From: Verrucomicrobiota bacterium
Lineage (GTDB): Bacteria; Verrucomicrobiota; Verrucomicrobiia; Limisphaerales; Palsa-1400
Reading direction: 5' to 3'
Length of the DNA stretch: 64,000 nt
Assembly (NCBI GenBank): GCA_049510745.1
Contig: JBEKYR010000012.1
Coordinates: forward strand, 64,001 to 128,000
A program made the position numbers and the translations under genes. The notes under the pieces were generated by a model. It saw nothing but the letters and a program-made list of their open reading frames with translations. It was not told the DNA's origin and searched no databases. Numbering within the stretch: position 1 is the first letter of the stretch; every line of letters begins with the position of its first letter. Positions 19,301 through 26,909 of this stretch are shown here, piece by piece.

Positions 19301-20278
19301 GGCACTTACAACGGGCTGTTCTTCAATGCGACCAATCCGTCGCCGACCAGCTCCGGGTTTGTCACCTTGACCGTGGCCCGTTCCGGCGTGTTCAGCGGAA
19401 AACTGGTGATGCCCACGCTGACGCTGCCCATTTATCCAAGCAAGTTCCCTTACGCCGGCTCCGTCGAGTTTCGAGCGACGAAGGCATCGGATGACTTGGA
19501 CCTCATCTTCGAGATCGATCTGACGGGCGGCACGGACCAACTGATCGGGGAGGTGAGTCATCGGGGCGCCTGGACAAACCTGCTGATTGCCTATCGCGCC
19601 GCCACCAATCTTTCCAGTTCCAACATGCCCGCACCCGGAAAATACGTGCTGACTCTGCAACCAACCAACGGAAGCGCCGGCAGCCCGACCTCCCCCGGTT
19701 ACGCCGCCGTCACGGTGGAAAAGAGCGGGACGGTGGTTTTGGGCGGGGTGTTGCCGGACAATACCGGCATTTCCAAATCCGTCGGAATGTCAAAGGAGGG
19801 CCTATGGCCGCTCTTCATAGCGCCGGCCGGCTACAAGGGCCGCGGGCTGATCATCGGCTGGCAAACCAACCTGTCGTCGCTTGGCCAACTGGCGTGGATC
19901 AAACCGGCGGCCGGCGGGACCTATTATCCCCGCGGCTTTACGACGAGACTGGATGTCACCGGCGCCGGCCACGTCCCGCCCGAGGCCGGCACAAACTACG
20001 AAATCGTTTTCGGCGGGGGCAGCCTGGGGACCAACGCCGCCGTGACCGACCTTCTGACTGTCAACAATTCCAAACAGTTCGTCCCGGAAGGCGCCACGAA
20101 CAAACTGGAGATTTCGCTCCTGCCCGGCGGCGCGCTGACGGGGCATTTTCTCAATGAGGTCGATGGCAGGACGCTGTCGTTCAAGGGCGCTTTCACCAGC
20201 CCGTCGCAAGGAGGTTCGGGTTTCACGCTGGATACCAACGGCGAGAGCGGCTATTTCAACCTGAGCTTGAAGCCGTGA
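13385..20278 (+). CDS. Giant secreted protein with three tandem modules of Ig-like + cyclophilin-type PPIase + Ig-like/beta-repeat domains
   Basis: Signal peptide MKRLYLFFGVWFLLVVFRAGA. Three copies of LFD.DKPATVENF...QGG...NTFGTLAM...FF/FL...LD...GGFTVFGRVI, plus YQWQF Ig motifs. DNA repeat period about 1.69 kb. Confidence 0.88.
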   Translation: MKRLYLFFGVWFLLVVFRAGAVTPTILSPPESVTVNNASAAAFTVVATNAASYQWQFPGTNNLPAATNATLSLDNVTSNQAGSYTVVVTSSDSNSISATAVLTIVPGTIVQLTISTYPDGSSNSFLVQLFDHDKPATVENFIHYISSGAYSNMFFDRDVTNFVLQGGDYVTTDRTSNYLYGGPVSAGEPSFPSQVDSELNVGPLIHNTFGTLAMALATGKPDSASSAFFISLTNNSPYLDTNNGGFTVFGRVISNANVLQYFNTLSAPSNGILDYSSSIPTLPVNYDGTNTPNNANLFYCDFAFQTTPPVDTNPPTVSIAFPAPNAAFTNGSPLTVQGTAQDNVGLAEVFCVLTSSTGAYGGKSQTNAALGTTNWSLDLVSQLGTIEPGVYQLTAYAQDGAGNLSAPATEYFTNLAQLTIITNVEGNLTTNAPQYLVPGQQYSVAAAPGPGQQFDTWQYQGVVSINPVQTLTVESNLTLTVTYLSNTLPAGLAITNPAAGSQVPRTNTGLTVSGTLPPSDIVTQLTCQLFSQSNAVTAAKSPKLNGTNWTLAVSNLVGGPYTIVVVAEDSSGRFGLVSENFTLLAPPIIISQPSSPTVNNGSAADFTVVATNAVAYQWQFAGTNNLPGATNATLALDDVSTNQEGSYTVVITAPDGETLSSQPAVLTVVQGTIVQLTISTYPDGSSNSFLVELFDHDKPATVENFVHYINSGAYSNMFFDRDVTNFVLQGGDYVTTDRTNNHLSGGPVSAGEPNFPSQVDSELNVGPLIHNTFGTLAMALVSGKPDSASSAFFISLTNNSPYLDTNNGGFTVFGRVISNANALQYFNTLSAPSNGIFNYSSGIPTLPVNYDGTGLPANSNVFYCDFVFQTTPVVDTNPPTVVMTYPAPNAVFSNGSPLTVQGTAQDNIGLAEVFCILTSSTGAYNNKSQTNAALGTTNWSLNLVSKLGTIQPGVYQLTAYAQDGAGNLSTPATEYFTNLTRLTIITNVEGNRTTNAPQYLVPGQQYSVTAAPGPGQEFDTWTSNGVASLNPEQTFTANGNLTLMVTYLSNTLPAGLAISSPAAGSQVPRTNTGLTISGTLPSSTTVTQLTCQLFSQSNAVTAAQSASLSGATNWSLAVSNLVGGPYTIVVVAEDSSGRFGLVSEDFTLLAPPVIISQPASLTANSGSGAAFTVVATNAVAYQWQFPGTNNLPGATNATLTLDDVSTNQAGSYVVVITAPDGETLSSQPAVLTVVQGTIVQLTISTYPDGSSSNLVVELFDNDKPATVENFIHCIKYGAYSNMFFDLDKAGFILQGGTDGAVDRTNSTPGLTGWGIYSQYIAGNTNFPSQVDSEFKVGPLLHNTFGTLAMSLTTGKPDSASSSFLINLADNSANLDYQNGGFTVFGRVISNANVLQYFNTLSAPSNGISSNVITGFAALPVNYDGTNEPANSNLFFCDFKFLTPPPVDTSPPTVAIAFPAPNAVFTNGSPLTVQGTAHDDVGLAEVFCVLTSSTGAYGNKSLTNAALGTTNWSLNPASQLGTIEPGVYQLTAYAQDGAGNLSAPAAIQFFTNLTRLTIITNVAGHLTTNAPQYLVPGQQYSVTAAPGAGQQFYSWTSNGVTSINPEQTFTANGNLTLTVTYLSNNLAAGVTITNPVTGTQAFAIQSLLTVSGTLFSSSTVTQLTCQFFVNSNSISTAQPVNLAGTNWSLAVTNLGNGAYTVVAVASDTAGDTFFAAANFTLLNVEQLTLNVVGGGTIASNPGPYVVPGTYTVKAVPNAGQVFYSWSDGVTTTLNPSKKFTVVSNLTLTATFAGEDKSLKGIAFTYPSANANVPSNTFNRVEVKAPASLSVTQMTCQFFLQSNGVTASPQFLNFDAATKKWTLPVTNFTPGPYVVMAVAYDKEGKSRLVSEKFNLLAKLAVGVQGKGTVTAGLNGKYLQVGKSYRISATPTAGEVFAFWTGAVANSNSPATTFVMSSNTVLTATFTNNPFPSVAGTYNGLFFNATNPSPTSSGFVTLTVARSGVFSGKLVMPTLTLPIYPSKFPYAGSVEFRATKASDDLDLIFEIDLTGGTDQLIGEVSHRGAWTNLLIAYRAATNLSSSNMPAPGKYVLTLQPTNGSAGSPTSPGYAAVTVEKSGTVVLGGVLPDNTGISKSVGMSKEGLWPLFIAPAGYKGRGLIIGWQTNLSSLGQLAWIKPAAGGTYYPRGFTTRLDVTGAGHVPPEAGTNYEIVFGGGSLGTNAAVTDLLTVNNSKQFVPEGATNKLEISLLPGGALTGHFLNEVDGRTLSFKGAFTSPSQGGSGFTLDTNGESGYFNLSLKP

Positions 20279-20301
20279 TCCCGGCGCCCGGCCCCGCAGG
20301 C

Positions 20302-20982
20302 ATGACCACGATCCTCATTGCGACGCGCAACGCCCACAAGGTGGCTGAAATCCGGCAGATTCTTTCCGGGAACCTGCGCTGCCTCAGCCAGAACGAGGTG
20401 CCCGGCGCGCCGGCGGCGGCGGAAGACGCGGACTCCTTTGCCGGAAACGCCCGGAAAAAGGCCGAAGGACTGGCCGATTGGCTGGCCGCGCATCCCGATG
20501 CGTTGCCGGACACGATCGACCCGGAGAGCGATCCTTTCTACATTCTGGCCGATGATTCCGGATTGGAAGTGGACGCGCTCGGGGGCGCGCCCGGGGTCCA
20601 CTCGGCGCGGTTTGCCGCCTGGGACGCGCCCGGAGCGGCCAACGCTCCGGATGCGGCCAACAACGCCAGGCTGCTTCGGCTGCTGGACGGCGTCCCGCCG
20701 GAACGCCGGACGGCGCGGTTCCGCTGCGTGCTGGCGCTGCTGCGGCTGCGGCCGCTGGCAACGCCCTGGAAGACCGTGACGCTGGAAGGGATTTGCGAGG
20801 GCCGCATTGCCTTCGCCCCCGCCGGGACGGGAGGTTTTGGCTACGACCCGCTGTTTGTCCCGGAGGGCTGGGCGCAGTCTTTGGCCGAACTGGGGGAGGC
20901 TGTCAAGAATACCTTGAGCCATCGCGCCCGCGCGCTGGAAAAGCTCCGGCTGTTTTTGCTGGACAACGGCCCGGCGGCCTAA
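20302..20982 (+). CDS. rdgB: Non-canonical purine NTP pyrophosphatase (RdgB/HAM1)
   Basis: ATRNAHK, ADDSGLEVDAL, PGVHSAR, GFGYDPLF, SHRARA. Confidence 0.93.
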   Translation: MTTILIATRNAHKVAEIRQILSGNLRCLSQNEVPGAPAAAEDADSFAGNARKKAEGLADWLAAHPDALPDTIDPESDPFYILADDSGLEVDALGGAPGVHSARFAAWDAPGAANAPDAANNARLLRLLDGVPPERRTARFRCVLALLRLRPLATPWKTVTLEGICEGRIAFAPAGTGGFGYDPLFVPEGWAQSLAELGEAVKNTLSHRARALEKLRLFLLDNGPAA

Positions 20983-21536
20983 TCCTTCTCCTCCCGCCAG
21001 CGGGGCACCAGCGAGTGGCTGATGCCGAGATGATCGAGCACCCGCCCCACCACGGAATCGACGAGTTGCTCGATGGTGGCGGGCCGGTGATAAAAGGAGG
21101 GGTTGGCGGGAAGAATCGTGGCGCCGGCCAGCAGCAGCAGCTCAAAATTCCGGACATGCACCAGGTTCAACGGGGTTTCGCGCGGCACCAGGATGAGTTT
21201 CTTCTTTTCCTTCAAGACAACGTCGGCGGCGCGCAGCAAAAGGTCCTCGCTGATTCCGTGCGCGATGCGGCCCAGCGTGCCCATGGTGCAGGGGATGACC
21301 ACCATCGCGTCCGGCGGATTGGAGCCGCTGGCAAAGGGGGCGTTCATGCTGCGCAAGCCGTGGGTGAAAGCGCCTTCGGGCAGGCGCAGCCCGCCGGGCA
21401 GTTCTTCCGCCAGCACGGCCTGGGCGTAGTGGCTGAGGACGACGTGGATTTCGTGCCGGCGCGGGTCCAAATGGTCCAGCAGCCTTTGGGCGTAGAGCGC
21501 CCCGCTGGCTCCGGTGATGGCGACGAGAATCCGCAC
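20979..21536 (-). CDS. ubiX: Flavin prenyltransferase
   Basis: ITGASGALY, ASGS, PCTMGTL, RAADVVLKE, PRETP, PSFYHRP; GTG start. Confidence 0.92.
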   Translation of the reverse strand: MRILVAITGASGALYAQRLLDHLDPRRHEIHVVLSHYAQAVLAEELPGGLRLPEGAFTHGLRSMNAPFASGSNPPDAMVVIPCTMGTLGRIAHGISEDLLLRAADVVLKEKKKLILVPRETPLNLVHVRNFELLLLAGATILPANPSFYHRPATIEQLVDSVVGRVLDHLGISHSLVPRWREEKD

Positions 21537-21541
21537 AAACT

Positions 21542-22402
21542 CTATCCGTTGAGGCCGCGCAAATAGGCCAGGACCAGCTCCGGCAGATCGGCGCTGTAGC
21601 CGCCTTCCAAAACGCTGAAGGCCGGGACCTGCAATTGCCGCACGCTCTCCCCCAGCCAATAATAATCTTCCGCCTCCAGCGTCCCGTGCGCCAGGGGATC
21701 GCCCCGGTAGGCGTCAAACCCCGCCGAGACCGCGACCAAATCGGGGCGGAAGTTTTTCAACTCGCCCAAGGCGCGCGCGAGGATGGCGCGGTACTGGTCG
21801 CGGGGGAGATCAGGGCGGACGGGAAAATTAAAACAGTTGCCGCCCCGGTTCCCCTGCCCCGTTCCGGGATAGGCGGGATATTGATGGATGGAAAAAAAGG
21901 CCAGCCCCGGTTTGTCAAGCAAAATATCCTCCGTGCCGTTGCCGTGATGCACGTCGAAATCGAACACCGCCACGCGCCTGGCCCCGGCCGCCTGGGCCTC
22001 CAGCGCCGCGATGGCAATGGAGTTGAGGTAGCAGAACCCCATCGCCCGCTCCGGCGTGGCGTGGTGGCCCGGGGGGCGCAACAGGCTGAAGGCCGCTTGT
22101 CCCGCCCGCGCGGCGGCCAGGGCGCGCAAGGCGCCGCCCACGGAGCGGCGGGCATGGTCGGCAATGCGCGGATAGGCCGGGGTATCGCCGTCGAAATCGT
22201 AGGGAAGCTGCAATTGTTGCAGATGCCGCGGGGTGTGGGCGCGGAGGATGGCGGAGTCGGCGGCGGCCGGAGGCAGTTCCCAGGACAAGGGCAGTTGATC
22301 CTGGGCCTTGAGCCAATCGACCGTCCGGCTGACGCGCTCGGGGCCTTCGGGATGGCCCGGGGCGGAGAACTCCGTGCAGCGGGAATCGGTGATGATCGTC
22401 AC
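21542..22402 (-). CDS. Histone deacetylase family protein
   Basis: HPE, RPPGHHA, GFCYLN, DFDVHHGNGT, SAGFD, LEGGY. Confidence 0.93.
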   Translation of the reverse strand: MTIITDSRCTEFSAPGHPEGPERVSRTVDWLKAQDQLPLSWELPPAAADSAILRAHTPRHLQQLQLPYDFDGDTPAYPRIADHARRSVGGALRALAAARAGQAAFSLLRPPGHHATPERAMGFCYLNSIAIAALEAQAAGARRVAVFDFDVHHGNGTEDILLDKPGLAFFSIHQYPAYPGTGQGNRGGNCFNFPVRPDLPRDQYRAILARALGELKNFRPDLVAVSAGFDAYRGDPLAHGTLEAEDYYWLGESVRQLQVPAFSVLEGGYSADLPELVLAYLRGLNG

Positions 22403-22412
22403 AGCCGGGGCT

Positions 22413-22835
22413 TCAGAGGCGTTTCTCGTCCGCGTCGATGTAATCGACGAAGGTTTGAATATCGTCACGGAGGGCCAGGCCGGACTCTTCCTTGCGCATC
22501 TTCAAGCGCGCCTTGCCGGCGTCGTCGTCGCGTCCGCGATTGAGGACGAAATCGGCAAAGGCCTTTTTCTCCGCCTCGGATTTCTTGACATTGTGGGCGA
22601 CCCAATCGGCGACCTGGCCGTCGGTGATGGAGTTTTTGACCACGTCGATAAAGGTGTCGGCGGAAAGGCCGGCGGCTTTGAGCCAGGCGCCGTCAAAGCC
22701 CTTGGTGAAATTCTCCTGGTAGTCCCGGTGGAGTTTGCCGGCCAGATGAAGCCGAATCTTATCGACAAAGCGGGGCAAATAAACCCAGCCGGACATCATT
22801 TCGCGCGGGCTGCGCGGGTAAATAATCGTTTCCAT
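22413..22835 (-). CDS. DUF5069-like protein
   Basis: PRSPRE..GWVYLPRFVDKIR ... DYIDADE pattern. Confidence 0.7.
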   Translation of the reverse strand: METIIYPRSPREMMSGWVYLPRFVDKIRLHLAGKLHRDYQENFTKGFDGAWLKAAGLSADTFIDVVKNSITDGQVADWVAHNVKKSEAEKKAFADFVLNRGRDDDAGKARLKMRKEESGLALRDDIQTFVDYIDADEKRL

Positions 22836-22877
22836 GAGGGCATCTTCTCGCAAGGCGGCCCGGCTGTCAATGCGTCT

Positions 22878-24011
22878 TTAGACGAGCTTCTTGTACTGCC
22901 TGGTTTCCGCCAGCTTTTTGACCAGTTCCTTGACTTTCTGCGCCTGGCTCTTGTGGGCCAGCAAGACGGCGTCGTCGGTCTGCACCAGGATGGCGTCCCG
23001 CAGCCCGACGACCGCGATGGGGGTGCGGTGGCGGGTCCTGGCGTCAAAAATAATGTTTCGCGCGCCATCGATATGGATGAAGTCTCCGACCGCGCAGTTG
23101 CCTTCGGGGTCGGCTTTGAGGTGGCGGGCCAGGGCGGTCCAGGAACCCACATCGTCCCAGGCAAAGGCGCCGTCGGCCACGACGACGTTGTGAGCGCGCT
23201 CCATCAGGGCGTAGTCGATGGAGATTTTTTTGGTTTCGGGGTATTCCCTGGCCAGGACTTTGGCGAGCCTGGGGGTGCCGGCGGCCTGGAACCAGCGCCG
23301 GCAGGCGGCGGCCAGCTCCGGTTGGTGCATTTCCAACCCCTGCGTGATGGTGACGAAGGACCAGATGAACATCCCGGCGTTCCACCGGTATTGGCCGCTG
23401 TTGACGTATTCGAGCGCCTTATCAAAGAGCGGTTTTTCCACAAATTGTTCCGCCTTGAAGAACGCTGTTTTGTAAGGCTTGACCCCTTGCGGCGGGGGCA
23501 GGAGGTTGCCGACGCGAATGTAACCGTAGCCCGTGGCCGGCTCGGTGGGTTTGATGCCGATGGTCACAATAACCTGGCCGCGCGCGGCCAGATCAAACGA
23601 ATCAGCAAGCACCTGCTGGAATTTTTTCTCCTCCGGAATGACCTGGTCGGCGGGCAGGACGGCCATGACGGCGCTGGTCGAGCGCTGCCCGACAATGGCC
23701 GCGCCCAGGGTGACGGCGGCGCAGGTGTCGCGCCCGATTGGCTCGGCCACGACGTTTTCCCTGGGCAGCCTGGGCAACTGACGACGGACTTCGGGGGCCT
23801 GGACGGCGTTGGTGATGACGAGGATGTTTTTGAGCGGGACCAGCGGCAGGACGCGCTCGACGGCCTGTTGCAAAAAGGAGCGGCCGCCCAGCAGGCTGAC
23901 CAGTTGTTTGGGCGTCTTCTCGCGGCTGACGGGCCAGAACCGTTCGCCGCGCCCGCCCGCCATGATGATGACAAAACGGTTGTTGCCGGTTGACTTTGAT
24001 TGTATTCTCAT
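22878..24011 (-). CDS. manC: Mannose-1-phosphate guanylyltransferase
   Basis: IMAGGRGERFWP.SR..PKQ, EPIGRDT, TGYGYI, FVEKP, WNAGMF, SIDYALME, WDDVGSW. Confidence 0.92.
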   Translation of the reverse strand: MRIQSKSTGNNRFVIIMAGGRGERFWPVSREKTPKQLVSLLGGRSFLQQAVERVLPLVPLKNILVITNAVQAPEVRRQLPRLPRENVVAEPIGRDTCAAVTLGAAIVGQRSTSAVMAVLPADQVIPEEKKFQQVLADSFDLAARGQVIVTIGIKPTEPATGYGYIRVGNLLPPPQGVKPYKTAFFKAEQFVEKPLFDKALEYVNSGQYRWNAGMFIWSFVTITQGLEMHQPELAAACRRWFQAAGTPRLAKVLAREYPETKKISIDYALMERAHNVVVADGAFAWDDVGSWTALARHLKADPEGNCAVGDFIHIDGARNIIFDARTRHRTPIAVVGLRDAILVQTDDAVLLAHKSQAQKVKELVKKLAETRQYKKLV

Positions 24012-24098
24012 ATTGATGAATTCACCATAGTGCATTCAATTTGGCGGTCAAAGCGAAAGAGGCAGCGGTAGTTCTAATTCGGGGAATTATATACATCG

Positions 24099-24509
24099 TT
24101 ACCCTAAGCCTTGATTTTTTGCGCGTGTCTCGGCGGCTTTTAAGCCAGCGAGCCGCCACTTGCGGCGGAAAGAAGTTTGCCGTTTTTTGCGACTCAAGGC
24201 CGCCTTTATACCGGCATCCTTCATGCGTTTTGACCACTTGACCACTTTTGGGCGATCGCGCATTTCGATGATTGTAGCTGTTGAGATCAAGTCGAGATCA
24301 TGCATCTTGTGGCAATTAGGGCAGAGGATGACTAGGTTTGATGCTGCGCTATTGGCTCGATTTCCGTCAATGTGGGCCACTTCCAGAACGTCTTTAATTC
24401 CGAATCCGCAATGAGCGCACAAGGCGGGATAGGTTGCGAAGGCCAACTTGCGGTAATTGACGCGCTTGGCACTCACGTTACTTGGAGAATTTGTATATTC
24501 ATAAGTCAT
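24099..24509 (-). CDS. HNH endonuclease (zinc-binding) with basic C-terminal tail
   Basis: CAHC...EVAHIDGNRAN...NLVILCPNCHKMHD; ATG overlaps the upstream gene's TGA. Confidence 0.85.
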   Translation of the reverse strand: MTYEYTNSPSNVSAKRVNYRKLAFATYPALCAHCGFGIKDVLEVAHIDGNRANSAASNLVILCPNCHKMHDLDLISTATIIEMRDRPKVVKWSKRMKDAGIKAALSRKKRQTSFRRKWRLAGLKAAETRAKNQGLG

Positions 24510-25360
24510 TGACTAGTATTATGTTGTGAACGTTTATCCTCTTGCTCTCTGAGTTTACTGCAATCTTCTTCCCATTGTTTCTCGGCTTGCCGCGACTTTT
24601 CGAACGCTTCGTCTATTTCTTTGTAAATATCGGCGATAACTCTCTCGTATGCTTGCGTTCTAGCCACTCCAAGTTGATTGTTTTCGGCGTTAAGTTTTTT
24701 GCAAATTCGTTCCGTGAAGTGATTCGGGAATGGCATGGTGCGTTTTCGACCACGCTCTACAACCGCAACGCTGACAGGGCCACCGCAAAAAGCGTCAATG
24801 CCCTTGACGTGCTCAATTGTATCTATCGCCAAAGTCAGCCCTGTTTGCCATGTCATGCGGCTGGCGTCTATTTGACTGAGAAAGAACTTCGATATTCTAG
24901 AGGCAATTCCAATCGCCGCAAATCGGGAACACGGCTGGGCTTGGGCCGTGATTGAGTCAATGGTATAAAGATAGGCTTTATACCTGTAAAAATGGGCGAT
25001 CATCAATTGAAAAAAATTCTCGTCTCGTTCAAATAAAGCCCGCTGCCGATCTTCTGGCATGTCTGGAAGATTATATAAGCCCAACACATTACGATGGAAA
25101 TTTTTGATTGATTTTTGTGCTAAATTTACCGCTGCCCATTCGCTATCTAGGGATTTGCCATTAGCCTCTCTTTTAATGTCATCAATAACCCGGAAGGCAG
25201 GCGCAATTCCACCACAGAATGCAATCAAAGCCCCATTATCTTCAAAATCAATGCTGTATATTTTCAACGCATCGAGTTCTTTCATGCTGCCAGCGGTCGC
25301 TTGACTCTCTCCCGCCATGACAACCGTATCTTTACAGATGACACCCACAATCTGGCTCAT
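24506..25360 (-). CDS. Proteasome beta-subunit-like Ntn hydrolase with N-terminal Ser
   Basis: (M)SQIVGVICKDTVVMAGESQAT...LKIY...FCGG...FAAIGIA...DAFCGGPVSVAVV parallels the 20S beta-subunit pattern. GGAGG lies shortly upstream of ATG 25360. Confidence 0.72.
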   Translation of the reverse strand: MSQIVGVICKDTVVMAGESQATAGSMKELDALKIYSIDFEDNGALIAFCGGIAPAFRVIDDIKREANGKSLDSEWAAVNLAQKSIKNFHRNVLGLYNLPDMPEDRQRALFERDENFFQLMIAHFYRYKAYLYTIDSITAQAQPCSRFAAIGIASRISKFFLSQIDASRMTWQTGLTLAIDTIEHVKGIDAFCGGPVSVAVVERGRKRTMPFPNHFTERICKKLNAENNQLGVARTQAYERVIADIYKEIDEAFEKSRQAEKQWEEDCSKLREQEDKRSQHNTSQ

Positions 25361-25449
25361 TGGCACCCTCCATTTCTTAAAAAAGGGCGGCGGCTTTGGT
25401 TGCGGAAACCTGTAAGGAGTGAATGGACGTTTTTAACGGAGTCATTCAT
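25357..25449 (-). other. 30-codon upstream ORF / frameshifted leader of the Ntn hydrolase
   Basis: MNDSVKNVHSLLTGFRNQSRRPFLRNGGCQ*; its TGA overlaps the downstream ATG. Preceded by TTGTCG-16-TACCAT. Confidence 0.4.
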
Positions 25450-25592
25450 ACCGCCAATGGTAAACGCTGGAATCGCTGCGACAAGACTGAATATCTGATA
25501 GCGGGGCATTATTCATCGCAACACACTAATCCGCAGCGACTTCCGCAGAGGTAACGTTGTATATAATTCCCCTAATTTGAATTGCGGTTAGC

Positions 25593-26048
25593 TCATGCTT
25601 CAGGCTGCCATTCCGTTTCCGCAAATATGGTGTAAAGAAGACTCTGCCCGCTGTCTATTGCCATCCCTTCCAGCCGGGAGGAGATAACCACATTGAGAAA
25701 CCTGCTCAGAGCGAAAGGGGTGTGTCGCTCATCGACGGAGATGATTTGCGCCAACTTGTTCGCAGAAAGGCAAGCCAGAATGCGGTAATACTCCTCTAAT
25801 GCAGGCGCATCCGCGAGCGCCTGTGGATGGGCGAACACTTCGCTGGGTACGAAGTCAAGGAGTTGCGCGGTCTGGCGAGCCAGATTGGAAATGCAAAGTT
25901 CATCCCAATCCCAAACAAGGTTTCTCCACATTGCGCGCTGGGCTATCTCTCGCAGTTGCTCAAACCGGGATGCTTGGATGCAGTGCCAGAAACTGCGAGA
26001 CCGCGCCAGGAATTGCTCCTGGAGCGCAGAGGTAATGTCTTGAGTCAT
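25593..26048 (-). pseudogene. Probable truncated N-terminal part of an XcyI-family restriction endonuclease
   Basis: 151 aa with RSRSFW...WDWDELCIS...EVFAHPQAL...YYRILACLS...LSRFLNVVIS, resembling from memory the XcyI-family N-terminal half. Ends before any catalytic region; ATG overlaps the trpA stop. Confidence 0.45.
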
Positions 26049-26860
26049 ATCTCTTCTGCTGGAATGCCTTTCACCGCTCTGGCCAGCCCAGCGGCGAAGC
26101 CGCTGACGCGGGCGGGCAGATCGGTGTCGCGGCCATGCAGGGCGATTTGGTTGACGATGGCGCTGCCCACGACCACTGCGTCGGCGTTTTCCGCCACCTG
26201 GCGCGCTTGTTCGGGGGTGGAAATGCCAAAGCCGACGGCCACGGGCAAGCTGGTGTGGGCGCGGATTTTGGCGGTCATCTCGCCGATGGTTTCGGAAACT
26301 TTCTTTTGCATCCCGGTGACGCCCTCGCGGGAGACGTAGTAGATAAAGCCGGCGCCGCGCCGGACGATGAGTTCGATGCGGGAGTCGGGCGTGGTGGGCG
26401 CGACCAGGTAGATGGCGCAAAGGCCCGCCCTGGTCATGAGCGCCTCGTAATTCTCCGATTCCTCCGGCGGCAAATCGAGCACCAGCAGGCCGTCCACGCC
26501 GGCGGCGGCGGCGGCGGCCACGAATTTCTCCAAGCCGTGGCGGTGGATGAGGTTGAAATAGATGTAGAGAACGATGGGGATTTGGGAATCGCGGCGGATG
26601 GCGGCGACGGTTTGCAGGACTTTGACGGGCGTAGTGCCCGACTCCAGCCCGCGTTGGGCCGCCAACTGGTTGACCAGGCCGTCGGCGAGGGGATCGCTGA
26701 AGGGCACGCCCAGTTCGAGAACATCGACGCCGGCTTGATCGAGGGCCAGGGCCAGGCGGCGGGTCATTTCGAGGTTGGGATCGCCCGCGCCGATATAGAC
26801 AATGAACCCTTTTTGTCCGTCTCTCTTCAGCCGCGCAAATCGTTCTGCGATGCGGTTCAT
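26045..26860 (-). CDS. trpA: Tryptophan synthase alpha chain
   Basis: GDP, ELGVPFSDPLADG, DLPPEE, LVAPTT, YYVSREGVTG, VGFGIS, VVGSAIV. Confidence 0.96.
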   Translation of the reverse strand: MNRIAERFARLKRDGQKGFIVYIGAGDPNLEMTRRLALALDQAGVDVLELGVPFSDPLADGLVNQLAAQRGLESGTTPVKVLQTVAAIRRDSQIPIVLYIYFNLIHRHGLEKFVAAAAAAGVDGLLVLDLPPEESENYEALMTRAGLCAIYLVAPTTPDSRIELIVRRGAGFIYYVSREGVTGMQKKVSETIGEMTAKIRAHTSLPVAVGFGISTPEQARQVAENADAVVVGSAIVNQIALHGRDTDLPARVSGFAAGLARAVKGIPAEEI

Positions 26861-26909
26861 CGGAGGTAAAAAGGTGGGCGGTGGCTGCGGCCAGCCCGGC
26901 GGCGAGGCC

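Noticed and set aside
24506..25360. Calling the gene hslV or prcB
   Set aside because: Ser rather than Thr at position 1, GIA rather than GSG, long C-terminal tail, and no hslU/prcA/pup context.
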